A stretch of 64,000 nt of DNA, from contig JBBRWM010000004.1 in assembly GCA_038249195.1 (NCBI GenBank), positions 138,218-202,217 on the forward strand, read 5' to 3'. Under the pieces are notes generated by a model, which was given only the letters and a program-made list of their open reading frames with translations, ran no database searches and had not been told where the DNA came from. Of this stretch, positions 54,810 to 64,000 are shown piece by piece. The position numbers were made by a program, and so were the translations under genes. The DNA is from Actinomycetota bacterium (GTDB taxonomy: Bacteria > Actinomycetota > UBA4738 > HRBIN12). Positions within the stretch are counted from its first letter, which is position 1, and each line of letters starts with the position of its first letter.

Positions 54810-55220
54810 TCAGAGGTACTGGCCGGGCGCGCGGTCAGCGCGATCGTCCGACGGGGTCTGCACCGCCTGGACGTCCCGCTCGCGCAGGAGGACGAGGTCT
54901 TCGCCTTCGAGCTCCACCTCCAGGCCCGACGACGGCAGGAACAGCACCTGATCGCCGGGCCTCGCCACCCGGACATCCGGTCCGGTGAGCGCGACGTCCC
55001 CCCAGGCCAGGCGCTTGGGCGCCGGCATCGCCGTCGCGGGGATGAGCAGCCCTCCCGAAGACGTGCGCTCGCCGTTCCCCGGAAGGCGCACCACCAGCCG
55101 GTCCCCGGTCAGCCGTACGTCGGGGGGCACGGTCGCCGGCTTCTTGCCCCTGGGACCTCGCGGCTTCGTCGCGGGCTTGGAGAGCTCGGCGGCGGATCGG
55201 GCATCGCTCACGCGGGGCAT
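54810..55220 (-). CDS. GroES-family (Cpn10) co-chaperonin paralog with basic Lys/Pro-rich N-terminal extension
   Basis: The sequence 'DRLVVRLPGNGERTSSGGLLIPATAMPAPKRLAWGDVALTGPDVRVARPGDQVLFLPSSGLEVELEGEDLVLLRERDVQAV' aligns along its full length with GroES. This includes the mobile loop 'TSSGGLLIP' and 'VGDxVLF...EEYLIL'. It is preceded by 'MPRVSDARSAAELSKPATKPRGPRGKKPATVPP'. An alternative ATG at 55253 is possible. Confidence 0.7.
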   Translation of the reverse strand: MPRVSDARSAAELSKPATKPRGPRGKKPATVPPDVRLTGDRLVVRLPGNGERTSSGGLLIPATAMPAPKRLAWGDVALTGPDVRVARPGDQVLFLPSSGLEVELEGEDLVLLRERDVQAVQTPSDDRADRAPGQYL

Positions 55221-55251
55221 CCGCCGAGTGTAGCGAGCGCCAGCGGGTACC

Positions 55252-56121
55252 ATGCGCCGCGTGAACGCGCACGAGGCCATCGGCAGTGGGGAGAAGATCC
55301 TTCGGGCGTCGCCGGCCATCGACCACTGGCAGAAGGGTCGCGAGCGGATCGAGTCCGAAGAGCTGCTCGGCTTCGTGCTCGGCGAAGAGCCCCTCGGCGG
55401 GCAGGAGCTGCCGGAGCGGGCCCGCCGTTCGTTCATGGAGTTGGTCGAGCGGCGCGCGAGTGGCGAGCCCGTCGCCTTGATCACCGGGTCCATCGAGTTC
55501 CTCGGGTTGGACGTGCTGGCGGAGGCCGGGGTGTTCATCCCACGGCATTCATCTGAGTTCCTCGCGATCCAGGCGATCCGTCGGCTCAAGGGCCGGAAGC
55601 GCCCGATCCATGCGGACATCGCGACGGGGTCCGGCGCCGTGGCGTTGGCGGTGGCAGACCGGGTGCCGCGCGCCGGCGTGTACGGAACGGACATGGCCGC
55701 CGACGCCGTCAAGCTCGCGCGCCGCAACGCGAAGCGGCTCGGACTGAAGGCGTCGTTCGCACGAGGCGACCTTTTCGCGGGACTGCCGGATGCGCTCGAG
55801 GGAAGCGTCGACGTCATCACGATCCACCCTCCTTACGTGCCGGTGGATGAGGTCGAAGATCTTCCCGACGAAGTGCGCGCGTTCGAGCCGACGCACACGC
55901 TCACGGACGGGAGCCTCGACGGCATGGAGCTCGTTCGACGCACGGCCGAGGAGGGGCCTGCCTGGCTCACGAAGCAGGGATGGGTGTTGGTCGAGGCAGA
56001 TCCCGACGCCGCGCGCGACGTGAAGCGCGTTCTGGTCCGGGCGGGGTTCCGTGGCGTCGCGAGCACGAAGGGTGGCGAGCTCAAGGTGACCCGCGTCGTG
56101 GTGGGAAGGAGGCCGAGATGA
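55252..56121 (+). CDS. HemK/PrmC-family N5-glutamine methyltransferase-like protein
   Basis: The SAM-binding motif 'HADIATGSGAVALAVA' is present. The substrate motif is 'VITIHPPYVP' where NPPY is expected. It is about 290 aa. Confidence 0.8.
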   Translation: MRRVNAHEAIGSGEKILRASPAIDHWQKGRERIESEELLGFVLGEEPLGGQELPERARRSFMELVERRASGEPVALITGSIEFLGLDVLAEAGVFIPRHSSEFLAIQAIRRLKGRKRPIHADIATGSGAVALAVADRVPRAGVYGTDMAADAVKLARRNAKRLGLKASFARGDLFAGLPDALEGSVDVITIHPPYVPVDEVEDLPDEVRAFEPTHTLTDGSLDGMELVRRTAEEGPAWLTKQGWVLVEADPDAARDVKRVLVRAGFRGVASTKGGELKVTRVVVGRRPR

Positions 56122-58076
56122 GCGAGCCGCGCGTGGCCCCCTACGGCACTTGGCCCTCCCCGATCACGCCCGCCATGCTCGCGGGCTCCGGCGTGGAGCT
56201 GGCCGAGCCGTGGATCGAGGACGGGGCGCTCTGGTGGCTCGAGTCACGGCCGGCGGAGGCGGGCCGCGGCGTGATCGTGCGCTCGGATCCGTGGTCCTCG
56301 CCCGCCGACATAACCCCTTCCGGCTTCAACGTGCGCACGAAGGTGCACGAGTACGGTGGCGGATCCTTCGCGCTGCATCGCGGCGTGGTGTTCTTCTCCA
56401 ACTTCGAGGACCAACGCCTGTACCGCCAGGTGCCGGGGGAGCCCCCGCGGCCGATCACACCGGACACGCAAGGGCGCCACCGATATGCCGACGCGAGGGT
56501 GACCGACGACGGGGCGCGTCTGATCTGCGTGCGGGAGCGTCATGAGGACGACGCGGTCCTCAACGAGCTGGTCGTCCTCGCGACCGACGGCACCGGCGAG
56601 CCGCGGGCGATCGCGCAGGGTCGCGACTTCTACGCGGCGCCGCGGCTGTCTCCCAGCGGCACGCAACTCGCCTGGATCAGCTGGGACCTTCCCTGGATGC
56701 CGTGGGACGGATGCGAGCTGTGGGTGGCCGAGGTCGGGGCGGACGGCTCCCTGGGTGACGGACGGAAGGTCGCCGGCTCCGACGGGACCGAGTCGATCTG
56801 GCAGCCGGCATGGAGTCCGCTGGGCGACCTCCACTTCGTCAGCGATCGAACGGGCTGGTGGAACCTGTACCGCGAGCGCGATGGCCGCGTCGACGCCCTC
56901 CATCCCTCGGATGCCGAATACGGCTGGCCGCACTGGGTGTTCGGGGGCAGTTCCTACGCGTTCCTGGGAGACGGTCGCATCGCGTGTCTGTACGACGACA
57001 GCGGCGTGCAGCACGTGGGCGCGCTCGACCCCGGCACGGGCGAGCTCATCGACCTGGACCTCCCCTACACCGCCGTCGTCTATCCCTATCTGGTCGCCGA
57101 GGGCGAGCACATCGCGTTCGTCGCGGGATCCCCCACCATGCCCGAGCAACTCGTGTCCCTGGACTTCACGAGCCGAAGCGTGGAGGTGCTCCGCGAGTCT
57201 GCCGAGCTGGCCCTGGACGCTTCCCACGTGTCGAGCTCACGGGCGATCGCGTTCCCGACCGAAGGGGGGCTCACCGCGTATGCGCACTTCTACCCCCCGG
57301 CGAACCCCGAGGTGATCGCGCCCGCGGACGAACGACCGCCGTTGATCGTGATGAGCCACGGCGGCCCCACCTCGTCGCGGACGAACATCTTCGATCTCGC
57401 CAAACAGTTCTGGACCACCCGCGGGTTCGCCGTGGTGGACGTGAACTACGGAGGGAGCACCGGACATGGGCGCGCGTATCGCGAGCGGCTGAACGGCACC
57501 TGGGGCATCACCGACATGGAGGATTGCCGCAACGCCGCGCGATCCCTCGCCCGGGAGGGTGCCGTGGACCCGGAACGGTTCCTGATCCGCGGCGGCAGCG
57601 CCGGCGGTTACACGACGCTGTGCGCGCTCACGTTTCAAGACGACTACGCGGCCGGGACGAGCTACTTCGGGATCAGCGATCTCGAGCCGTTCGCGCAGCC
57701 CGGCGGTACGCACAAGTTCGAGTCGCGCTACGAGCACACGCTGATCGGGCCCTATCCGCAGGAGGTCGAGCGCTACCGTGCCCGGTCCCCGATCCATTTC
57801 GTCGATCGGATCTCCACGCCCATGCTGGTCCTGCAGGGTGCCGAGGACGAGGTCGTGCCTCCCGCGCAAGCGGAGGTGATGGTCGAGGCGCTCGAGGCCA
57901 AGGGTCTGCCCCACGCCTACCTCCTGTTCGAGGGCGAGCAGCACGGGTTCCGGGCGGCCGAGACGATCCGGGCCTCGTACGAGGCGGAGCTGTCCTTCTA
58001 CGCACAGATCCTGCGGTTCGAGCCTGATGGCGACATCCCACGGCTCGCGATCGAACACCTGGGCGACCGAGCCTGA
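56118..58076 (+). CDS. S9-family serine peptidase (dipeptidyl aminopeptidase/acylaminoacyl-peptidase-like)
   Basis: The catalytic Ser motif is 'IRGGSAGGYTT'. 'VDVNYGGSTGHG' and 'SHGGPTS' are also present. The N-terminal half is a beta-propeller. An RBS 'GGAAGGAGG' is present and the start overlaps the upstream methyltransferase end. Confidence 0.85.
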   Translation: MSEPRVAPYGTWPSPITPAMLAGSGVELAEPWIEDGALWWLESRPAEAGRGVIVRSDPWSSPADITPSGFNVRTKVHEYGGGSFALHRGVVFFSNFEDQRLYRQVPGEPPRPITPDTQGRHRYADARVTDDGARLICVRERHEDDAVLNELVVLATDGTGEPRAIAQGRDFYAAPRLSPSGTQLAWISWDLPWMPWDGCELWVAEVGADGSLGDGRKVAGSDGTESIWQPAWSPLGDLHFVSDRTGWWNLYRERDGRVDALHPSDAEYGWPHWVFGGSSYAFLGDGRIACLYDDSGVQHVGALDPGTGELIDLDLPYTAVVYPYLVAEGEHIAFVAGSPTMPEQLVSLDFTSRSVEVLRESAELALDASHVSSSRAIAFPTEGGLTAYAHFYPPANPEVIAPADERPPLIVMSHGGPTSSRTNIFDLAKQFWTTRGFAVVDVNYGGSTGHGRAYRERLNGTWGITDMEDCRNAARSLAREGAVDPERFLIRGGSAGGYTTLCALTFQDDYAAGTSYFGISDLEPFAQPGGTHKFESRYEHTLIGPYPQEVERYRARSPIHFVDRISTPMLVLQGAEDEVVPPAQAEVMVEALEAKGLPHAYLLFEGEQHGFRAAETIRASYEAELSFYAQILRFEPDGDIPRLAIEHLGDRA

Positions 58077-58233
58077 CCCGGGCCGTCGTCGGCGGTAGAG
58101 GGGTCGCAGGGAGCCGGGCGGAACCCGGCTCCCTGCGCAGGAGAGGGGGCGCGTCCTCTCGTGTCCAACGGTGCCAGGCCCGCATGAACACGGGGTGTCC
58201 GGCGGGGGGCGGGTCGGGGAACAGCCCGAACGG

Positions 58234-59262
58234 CTACCCGCCGATCATCGACATGCTGCGCTCGGGCTGGACGAAGTCCGGGTGGTTGATGCGGTGCCCG
58301 GACCACTTGGCCCAGACGTTGGAGCGCATGAGGGCGACGAGATCCTCATCGGAGGCCCCCGCGCGCATCGGGCCCCGGAGGTCCGTTTCCTCCAGCGAGA
58401 ACAGGCATGATCGCATCTGGCCCTCGGCCGTGAGCCGTAGGCGGTTGCACGTATCGCAGAAGGGCTTGGTCACGCTCGCGATCACGCCGATCCCGCCCGG
58501 GGCGCCGTCCGCGAAGCCGTAGGACGCCGCCGGTTCCACTCCATGGGACGTGGCCCGCAAGGGGTAGGCCGCGTCGACGGCATCGAGGATGCGTTGGGCG
58601 GGGACCACCTTCTCGCGCTCCCACTTGTGCTCGGCATCGAGCGGCATGTACTCGATGAAACGAACCTCGAACCCAGTCTCGCGGGCCCACCTGGCGAACG
58701 CGACCACCTCGTCGTCGTTCGTCCCGCCGATCACGACGGTGTTGATCTTCACGGGCGTGAGCCCGGCGCCGACGGCGGCCCTGAGGCCGCTCAGCACCTT
58801 CTCCAGGGCGTCGCGCCTGGTCATCTCGGCGAACCGATGCTGCATCAGCGAGTCGCAGGACACGGTGGCACGGTCGACGCCGGCCTCGGCCAGCGGTGCG
58901 GCGAGCCGATCCAGGAGCACCCCGTTGGTGGTGATGGAGATGTCCAGGTCCGGTCCCACGCCGCGGAACATCCGCACGAGCGTGGGGAGATCGGCCCGGA
59001 CGGTGGGCTCTCCGCCCGTGACCTTGATCGATCGCACCCCCAAACCCACGAAGATCCCCAAAAGCCGCGTGAGCTCCTCGAACGTGAGGATCTCTTCCTT
59101 GGGCAGCCAGGCGAGGCCCTCTGCGGGCATGCAGTACGTACAGCGGAAATTGCACCGATCCGTCACGGAGACCCGCAGGTCATCGGCGACGCGCCCGAAG
59201 GAGTCGACCAACGGGCCGTCGGACGGCGCGGGTTCCGTGGGTGGTGACCATGACGTCGTCAT
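58234..59262 (-). CDS. moaA: GTP 3',8-cyclase (molybdenum cofactor biosynthesis protein A)
   Basis: The radical-SAM motif is '[14 protein letters not shown]'. The C-terminal auxiliary cluster Cys residues are '[18 protein letters not shown]'. The start is at the internal ATG (MTTSW). Confidence 0.9.
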   Translation of the reverse strand: MTTSWSPPTEPAPSDGPLVDSFGRVADDLRVSVTDRCNFRCTYCMPAEGLAWLPKEEILTFEELTRLLGIFVGLGVRSIKVTGGEPTVRADLPTLVRMFRGVGPDLDISITTNGVLLDRLAAPLAEAGVDRATVSCDSLMQHRFAEMTRRDALEKVLSGLRAAVGAGLTPVKINTVVIGGTNDDEVVAFARWARETGFEVRFIEYMPLDAEHKWEREKVVPAQRILDAVDAAYPLRATSHGVEPAASYGFADGAPGGIGVIASVTKPFCDTCNRLRLTAEGQMRSCLFSLEETDLRGPMRAGASDEDLVALMRSNVWAKWSGHRINHPDFVQPERSMSMIGG

Positions 59263-59296
59263 CGAAGTCAGGGTAACCCGTCCGACGCTCAATGGG

Positions 59297-59545
59297 CTAT
59301 GGCCCGGGGACCTGCATCGTCGAGCGGACGGTTTCCAGCACCGCGCCGAGGGCCTCGGCCGGCGTGGCACCACCGGCCACGCGCACGCCCGCTGCGACGC
59401 CGGCGAGGTAGGCCGACAGGGGCGCGTCTTTGCGCTGCGCGTGGTGGGCGACGTCCCGCGAGACCAGGAGCAGCGACGCCTCCTGCGCCTCATCGAGGGG
59501 GGAGACCCCCAACGCGAGCGCCAGCGCGTCAGTCCACTCGCTCAT
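59297..59545 (-). CDS. Small conserved hypothetical protein (82 aa) upstream of moaA, possibly DUF6457-like
   Basis: The sequence begins '[53 protein letters not shown]'. An RBS 'AGGAGG' precedes the ATG and there is a 35-nt gap to moaA on the same strand. The track hides it inside a 1075-aa antisense artefact ORF. Confidence 0.5.
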   Translation of the reverse strand: MSEWTDALALALGVSPLDEAQEASLLLVSRDVAHHAQRKDAPLSAYLAGVAAGVRVAGGATPAEALGAVLETVRSTMQVPGP

Positions 59546-59626
59546 GTCGTCCTCCTGCGGGCTCGGTGGCGACGAGTGTCCCATGCGGGGCGGGTCGCGA
59601 ACCGTTCCAGATGCGAGGATGGACCC

Positions 59627-60874
59627 ATGATCGAAGCGGTGCGCGCGGCGGTCCTCACGGTCTCCGACGGAGTCACGGGCGGGACGCGCGATGACGTCTC
59701 GGGCGACCTCGCCGAAGAGCTGTTGCGCGGGGCGGGGTTCGATGTGGCCACGCGCGCCGCGACGCCCGATGAGCGACCGCCGATCGAGGCGGCGCTGCGC
59801 GAGCTCGCGTCGTCCCACGCCGTGGTCGTCTCCACCGGAGGAACCGGGTTCGGCCCCCGCGACGTGACGCCCGAGGCTACCCGTGCGGTGATCGACCGAG
59901 AGGCGCCGGGCCTGGCGGAACTCATGCGCGGGAAGGGACTTGCGCATACGCCCATGGCCGCCCTGTCGCGCGCCGTGGTCGGCACCCTCGGTTCGGCGCT
60001 CGTGGTCAACCTGCCGGGCAGCCCCAGTGCGGTCCGCGAAGGCCTCGAGGCCATCCTTCCGCTCGTGCCCCATGCCGTGGAGCTCATGGGAGGGCGGACG
60101 GGCGCGCATCCCACCGGCCATGCGGACCTGCCGACCGCCGCATCCGAGACCGCCGACGCGCCCCGCGGGGACGGAACCGTCACCATCACGGCCGTGAAGC
60201 AGATCGGCGCCCCGCCGTGTCCGGTGGGCGCTCGGATCGTGCTGGGGGCGGGTGGACCGCTCGAGGGGACGCTCGGGTGCGCGGAGTTCGACGCCGCCGC
60301 CCTGGACGTGGCTGCCGAGGTGCTCGCGTCCGGCGAGGGACCGAGTACCAGGACGTTCCATCACGACCTCGGCGATCTCGAGGTCTTCGTCGAGCCCGCC
60401 CACCTCTCGCCGTCGTTGGTGGTCATCTCGGCGAACCCCGTGTCGCTCGCGCTCCTCGCGCTCGGCAAACGACTGGCCTACCGCACGATCCTCGTGGAGC
60501 CGCGCGCCGAGCGGATCACGGCCGAGCATCGCCGGGAGGCAGACGCGGTGGTCGGCGCGATCGCGGACCTGCGTCTCGATGCGAGGACCGACGCCGTGCT
60601 GACGGATCACGACGCGCCTGGCGTCGCGTCCTCGATCGCGGCCATCCTGCGATCCCCTGTTCGCTTCGTGGGAGTGATGGGGAGCCGTCGCCACGTCGGT
60701 CCGTATGTCGAGGAGCTCAAGGCGAACGGGTTCGGGCAGGAGGATCTGGCCCGGATCCGGTCCCCGGTGGGGATCGACGTCGGTGCGAGGTCTCCGGAGG
60801 AGATCGCCTTGTCGATCGCCGCGGGTCTGGTGGCGGCGAGCGCCGGCCGCGACGGCGGATGGCTCGACCGTTGA
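59627..60874 (+). CDS. Fusion protein: MogA/MoaB-like molybdopterin adenylyltransferase domain + XdhC/CoxI-family accessory (XdhC_CoxI + Rossmann XdhC_C) domains
   Basis: The MogA region is '[13 protein letters not shown]...[19 protein letters not shown]...[10 protein letters not shown]'. The XdhC region is '[22 protein letters not shown]...[30 protein letters not shown]...[10 protein letters not shown]'. Confidence 0.8.
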   Translation: MIEAVRAAVLTVSDGVTGGTRDDVSGDLAEELLRGAGFDVATRAATPDERPPIEAALRELASSHAVVVSTGGTGFGPRDVTPEATRAVIDREAPGLAELMRGKGLAHTPMAALSRAVVGTLGSALVVNLPGSPSAVREGLEAILPLVPHAVELMGGRTGAHPTGHADLPTAASETADAPRGDGTVTITAVKQIGAPPCPVGARIVLGAGGPLEGTLGCAEFDAAALDVAAEVLASGEGPSTRTFHHDLGDLEVFVEPAHLSPSLVVISANPVSLALLALGKRLAYRTILVEPRAERITAEHRREADAVVGAIADLRLDARTDAVLTDHDAPGVASSIAAILRSPVRFVGVMGSRRHVGPYVEELKANGFGQEDLARIRSPVGIDVGARSPEEIALSIAAGLVAASAGRDGGWLDR

Positions 60875-60886
60875 GCGGCCGGCCCG

Positions 60887-62329
60887 GTGGAACCCCCGCG
60901 GCGTAGGCGGCGGATCCGCCGCTGGTTCGCCGCTTCGGTGGTCGCGCTCGCGGCAGCGGCGGTGCTCCCGTGGACCGGAGCCGTGTCCCCAGCGCGCGTG
61001 CTTCCCAACGTGATCATCATCCTCACGGACGACCAGACGCTCGACACGTTGCCCTCGGACCCCCCGGCGATGCCCTGGCTCCAGTCGCAGATCTTCCAAG
61101 GAGCCGCCGGCGGCTGGCGCTGGTTCCCCGACGCTATCTTGAGCACGCCACTGTGCTGCCCGTCCCGGGCCACCATCCTCACGGGCCGCTACGCCCACAA
61201 CACGGGTGTTCAGGGCAACGGCGAGGGCGAGAACCTCGACGAGTCGCAGACGCTCGCCACCTGGCTGAGCGCCGCCGGCTACCGGACCGGTTTGTTCGGC
61301 AAGTACCTGAACGGCTATCCGTGGGATCGCGGTCCCTACGTGCCTGCGGGCTGGTCGCGGTTCGTCGGCAAGAGCAACCGCGACCAGGGTCAGACCTACT
61401 ACGGCTACGAGGAGATCGATCAGGGCGTTCCCTTGTTCCCCGGCCGGGGGCCCGACGCCTACGCCACCGACCACTTCGCGGATCTCACCGTGTCGTTCCT
61501 GCGCTCGACGCCCATCGACCAGCCCTTCTTCGCGATGTATACCCCGTCGGCACCGCACGCCCCGTGGCTCCCGGCGCCTCGAGACGCGGGCGCCTTCGCG
61601 GATGCGCCCGTGCCCGTGGCGTCCCAGCGCCTCCTGAACGATGTGCGCGGCAAGCCGTTGTGGATCCGCGAGCGCCCACCGATCTCGGCCGCGCGCGCGG
61701 CGAAATACCGACGGGAGGATCGGCAAGAGCGCGCGACCCTGCTCGCCGTGGATGACGCGGTCCGGCGGATCGTCGAGACGGTAGCCGCGCGCTGGGAGCT
61801 CGATCGAACGGTGATCTTCTTCCTCACCGACAACGGCTACGCCTTCGGAGAACACCGGTGGCACGGCAAGAAATGCGCCTATGAGCCCTGCATCCGGACC
61901 CCGTTCGCGGTGCTGGCGCCCTGGGGCGGACCCGCCACCGTTCCCCAACTCGTTTCCAACGTCGATCTCGCGGCGACGGTGGCCGATCTCGCGGGCGTAG
62001 ACCCGGGGGTGCCGCAGGACGGCCAGAGCCTCGCGGCCCTCCTGGGCGCCCCAGGCGCCGCGCCACCTCCCGATCCCGCGCGTCCCCTGCTGATCGAGTG
62101 GGCCGGGGACCGGGACGTGCCGCCGTGGCGAGGGGTGCGCACGCCGAACTTCGCCTACATCGAGAACGCGGACGGGACCGTGGAGCTCTACGACCTCGGC
62201 GGCCGGCTGGGTCCGCCGGATCCCGACGAGATCCACAACGTCGCCGCTCTCCCCCGGTACACGCGCGTGCGCAGGGAACTCGCAAACACGCTGGTCGTAC
62301 TGGCTTCTCGCGGCAAAGGCGCCGAGTAG
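60887..62329 (+). CDS. Sulfatase (arylsulfatase/N-acetylgalactosamine-sulfatase family) with Arg-rich signal peptide
   Basis: The FGly-modification motif is 'PLCCPSRATILTGRY'. 'VIIILTDDQ' and 'GKYLNGYP' are also present. The N-terminus is 'RRRRRIRRWFAASVVALAAAAVL'. Confidence 0.85.
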   Translation: MEPPRRRRRIRRWFAASVVALAAAAVLPWTGAVSPARVLPNVIIILTDDQTLDTLPSDPPAMPWLQSQIFQGAAGGWRWFPDAILSTPLCCPSRATILTGRYAHNTGVQGNGEGENLDESQTLATWLSAAGYRTGLFGKYLNGYPWDRGPYVPAGWSRFVGKSNRDQGQTYYGYEEIDQGVPLFPGRGPDAYATDHFADLTVSFLRSTPIDQPFFAMYTPSAPHAPWLPAPRDAGAFADAPVPVASQRLLNDVRGKPLWIRERPPISAARAAKYRREDRQERATLLAVDDAVRRIVETVAARWELDRTVIFFLTDNGYAFGEHRWHGKKCAYEPCIRTPFAVLAPWGGPATVPQLVSNVDLAATVADLAGVDPGVPQDGQSLAALLGAPGAAPPPDPARPLLIEWAGDRDVPPWRGVRTPNFAYIENADGTVELYDLGGRLGPPDPDEIHNVAALPRYTRVRRELANTLVVLASRGKGAE

Positions 62330-62408
62330 ACTGCCGCCGAGCATGCAACAGCGCCCCGGCCCCATCCTTCGGCCCGCCCGATCCCGCCGACCTAGCCACC
62401 AGCAGGTC

Positions 62409-63911
62409 ATGCGTCGGCGCGCGTTCGTCGCGTTCGCCCTGGTCGCCCTGATCGCCATCGTGTGGTTCGTGTTCCAGCCGTTCGGTGGCGGCACCCAGCA
62501 GGCGGGTGGGAAGGCAGGCGGCACGTTCGGCGGTCAGGCGCAGGGCGTCGGCTCGGACGGATCCAACCCCGGGGCCATCGTGGCGGGGGACAACCCCATC
62601 AAGCACGTGGTCTTCATCGTCAAGGAGAACCGGACGTTCAACAACTACTTCGCCGCCTACGGCCACGGGGCCGTCGGAACCACGAGCGGGAAGACCATCA
62701 CGTGCTCGACCTCGACACACTCGTGCCAGCCGGGCGACAACTACGAGCTCACGAAGGCCCCCGACATCGCGGCGCACGACATCACGCACGGGTTCTCCTC
62801 GGGGCTGTACTCCATCAACGGCGGGCAGATGAACGGGTTCAACATCATCGGGCTGGGCGCGGACATGTCCGGCTACTCCTACTTCGACCGCGAGGGGCTC
62901 CCCGCGTATTGGAAGTATGCGGATCGTTTCGTGCTCGCGGATCATTTCTTCACATCGATGTACGGGCCCACCTTCCCCGAGCACCTCTACACCGTGGCCG
63001 CCCAGGCGTACGGGATCGTGGACAACAAGCAAACGGTGGACCACCCGGGGAGCTACTGCGACGACCCCACCGAGTTCACCCCGCATTTCCCCCTCGACAA
63101 GCTGTCCCAGCAGGACCTTGCGACCATCATGCAGACGGAGAACCACATCACGAAGGACTACCCGAACCAGCTCTTCAAGATCTCTGCCTACTGGGAACCC
63201 ACGCGCACGTGCGTGCCCATCCGCTCGCTCCCGGCCAAGTTGCAGGATGCCGGCATCGACTGGAAGTACTACGCCGAGAAGGACCACTGGATGAACGCGC
63301 TGCAGGCCATCCGCCACGATCGCAACACGCCGGCCGTATGGTCCAAGGTGCAGGACCCCGAGAACTTCATCACCGACATCAAGGACGGCAACATGCCCGC
63401 GGTGTCGTGGCTCATCCCGCCGGAGCCGTACAACGAGCATCCCGGCGACAACGATCCCAACAGCCCCTCCTACTCGCCCATCTCCGTGTGCGCGGGCGAG
63501 AACTGGACCGTGAACCAGATCAACACGGTGATGGATTCTCAGTACTGGCCGTCGACCACGATCGTCGTTGTCTGGGACGACTTCGGGGGGTTCTACGACC
63601 CCGTGAAGCCGCCCCACTACGACGTGATGGGCTTCGGGCCTCGCACGCCCGCGTTGATCATCTCGCCGTACACGCGCGCCGGGGGGAACCCGGACGGAGG
63701 GTCGGTCGACCACACGACGTACGAGTTCTCCTCCGTCCTCAAGTTCATCGAGGAGCTCCACGGCTTGAAGCCCCTCACGGACCGTGACGCACAGGCCGAC
63801 CCGCTCCGCGGAGCGTTCGACTTCACCCAGCCCCCGCGCCTGGACAAGGTCGATCTCCCGCTTCGCAGCGATTGCCCTTACGGCACGAACGCGAGCGACC
63901 TGGGCGGCTGA
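62409..63911 (+). CDS. Phosphoesterase-family protein (phospholipase C/acid phosphatase AcpA-like)
   Basis: The family motif 'HVVFIVKENRTFNNYFAAYGH' is present. There is an N-terminal TM/signal 'RRRAFVAFALVALIAIVWFV'. It is about 500 aa. Confidence 0.8.
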   Translation: MRRRAFVAFALVALIAIVWFVFQPFGGGTQQAGGKAGGTFGGQAQGVGSDGSNPGAIVAGDNPIKHVVFIVKENRTFNNYFAAYGHGAVGTTSGKTITCSTSTHSCQPGDNYELTKAPDIAAHDITHGFSSGLYSINGGQMNGFNIIGLGADMSGYSYFDREGLPAYWKYADRFVLADHFFTSMYGPTFPEHLYTVAAQAYGIVDNKQTVDHPGSYCDDPTEFTPHFPLDKLSQQDLATIMQTENHITKDYPNQLFKISAYWEPTRTCVPIRSLPAKLQDAGIDWKYYAEKDHWMNALQAIRHDRNTPAVWSKVQDPENFITDIKDGNMPAVSWLIPPEPYNEHPGDNDPNSPSYSPISVCAGENWTVNQINTVMDSQYWPSTTIVVVWDDFGGFYDPVKPPHYDVMGFGPRTPALIISPYTRAGGNPDGGSVDHTTYEFSSVLKFIEELHGLKPLTDRDAQADPLRGAFDFTQPPRLDKVDLPLRSDCPYGTNASDLGG

Positions 63912-63921
63912 TCCTGGGGGC

Positions 63922-64000
63922 TCAGGCGGGGGTCGGCTCGACCCAGCGCGCGTCGGGGAGCCCCGCGGCGATCTGCGCGCGCCACCACGCCTGGCCCTCT
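63922..64000 (-). CDS. 3' end of an unidentified minus-strand gene (partial)
   Basis: A TCA stop complement at 63922-63924 is followed by an open frame to the window end ('...LPDARWVEPTPA*'). The gene is not identified. Confidence 0.2.
   Translation of the reverse strand, partial: EGQAWWRAQIAAGLPDARWVEPTPA

Noticed and set aside
59545-59627. Possible Moco riboswitch upstream of the moaA operon or mogA-xdhC
   Set aside because: The divergent intergenic space is only ~80 nt, which is too short for the ~140-nt Moco RNA motif. None was discernible by eye.
59297-62524. 1075-aa minus-strand ORF
   Set aside because: It runs antisense to the mogA-xdhC and sulfatase genes. Only its last 82 codons (59297..59545) look like a real gene, and those are reported separately.
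61824-63761. 645-aa minus-strand ORF antisense to the phosphoesterase gene
   Set aside because: It is low-complexity Arg/Gly-rich and overlaps a gene with a clear family motif.

Overview
This is a high-GC (~70%) actinobacterial chromosome segment carrying densely packed housekeeping genes. The gene order from 4.4 kb to 30 kb matches, from memory, the conserved mycobacterial Rv3626c-to-Rv3579c neighbourhood: DUF2342 metalloprotease, tilS, hpt, ftsH, folE, folP, folB, folK, a membrane protein, a DUF2520 protein, panC, coaX, lysS, clpC, radA, carD, ispD, ispF, an rRNA methyltransferase and tRNA-Thr. cysS, lsr2 and disA are absent, and several extra genes are inserted. Two tRNA-Thr genes are present (CGT at 3603 and TGT at 30001). 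Directly after the second tRNA the synteny breaks into an accessory-looking stretch of about 6 kb. That stretch holds an intact LipJ-like alpha/beta-hydrolase/class III cyclase gene and a decayed tandem paralog, with ~36-bp direct repeats at the two ends of the array. Next comes an orphan Tad-like module (TadE-like, TadG-like with a vWA domain, CpaB) with no ATPase, preceded by a cluster of CGTACG-containing palindromes. A cytochrome P450 and a GAF/PAS histidine kinase follow. The remainder carries an Rrf2 regulator, a DUF5679 zinc-ribbon protein and acs. After these come a UvrA class II paralog and groEL with a perfect-left-arm CIRCE operator and no groES. Then come an NlpC/P60 hydrolase, a membrane protein that appears frameshifted in a T-run, and a GroES-family paralog with a basic N-terminal extension packed divergently against a HemK-like methyltransferase. 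Two S9 peptidases, moaA, a MogA-XdhC fusion, a sulfatase and a phosphoesterase complete the window. No CRISPR array, transposase or integrase was seen. Most long antisense ORFs in the track are high-GC artefacts overlapping these genes. All homology calls are from reading motifs in the translations, not from database searches. Coordinates of alternative starts may be off by a few codons.
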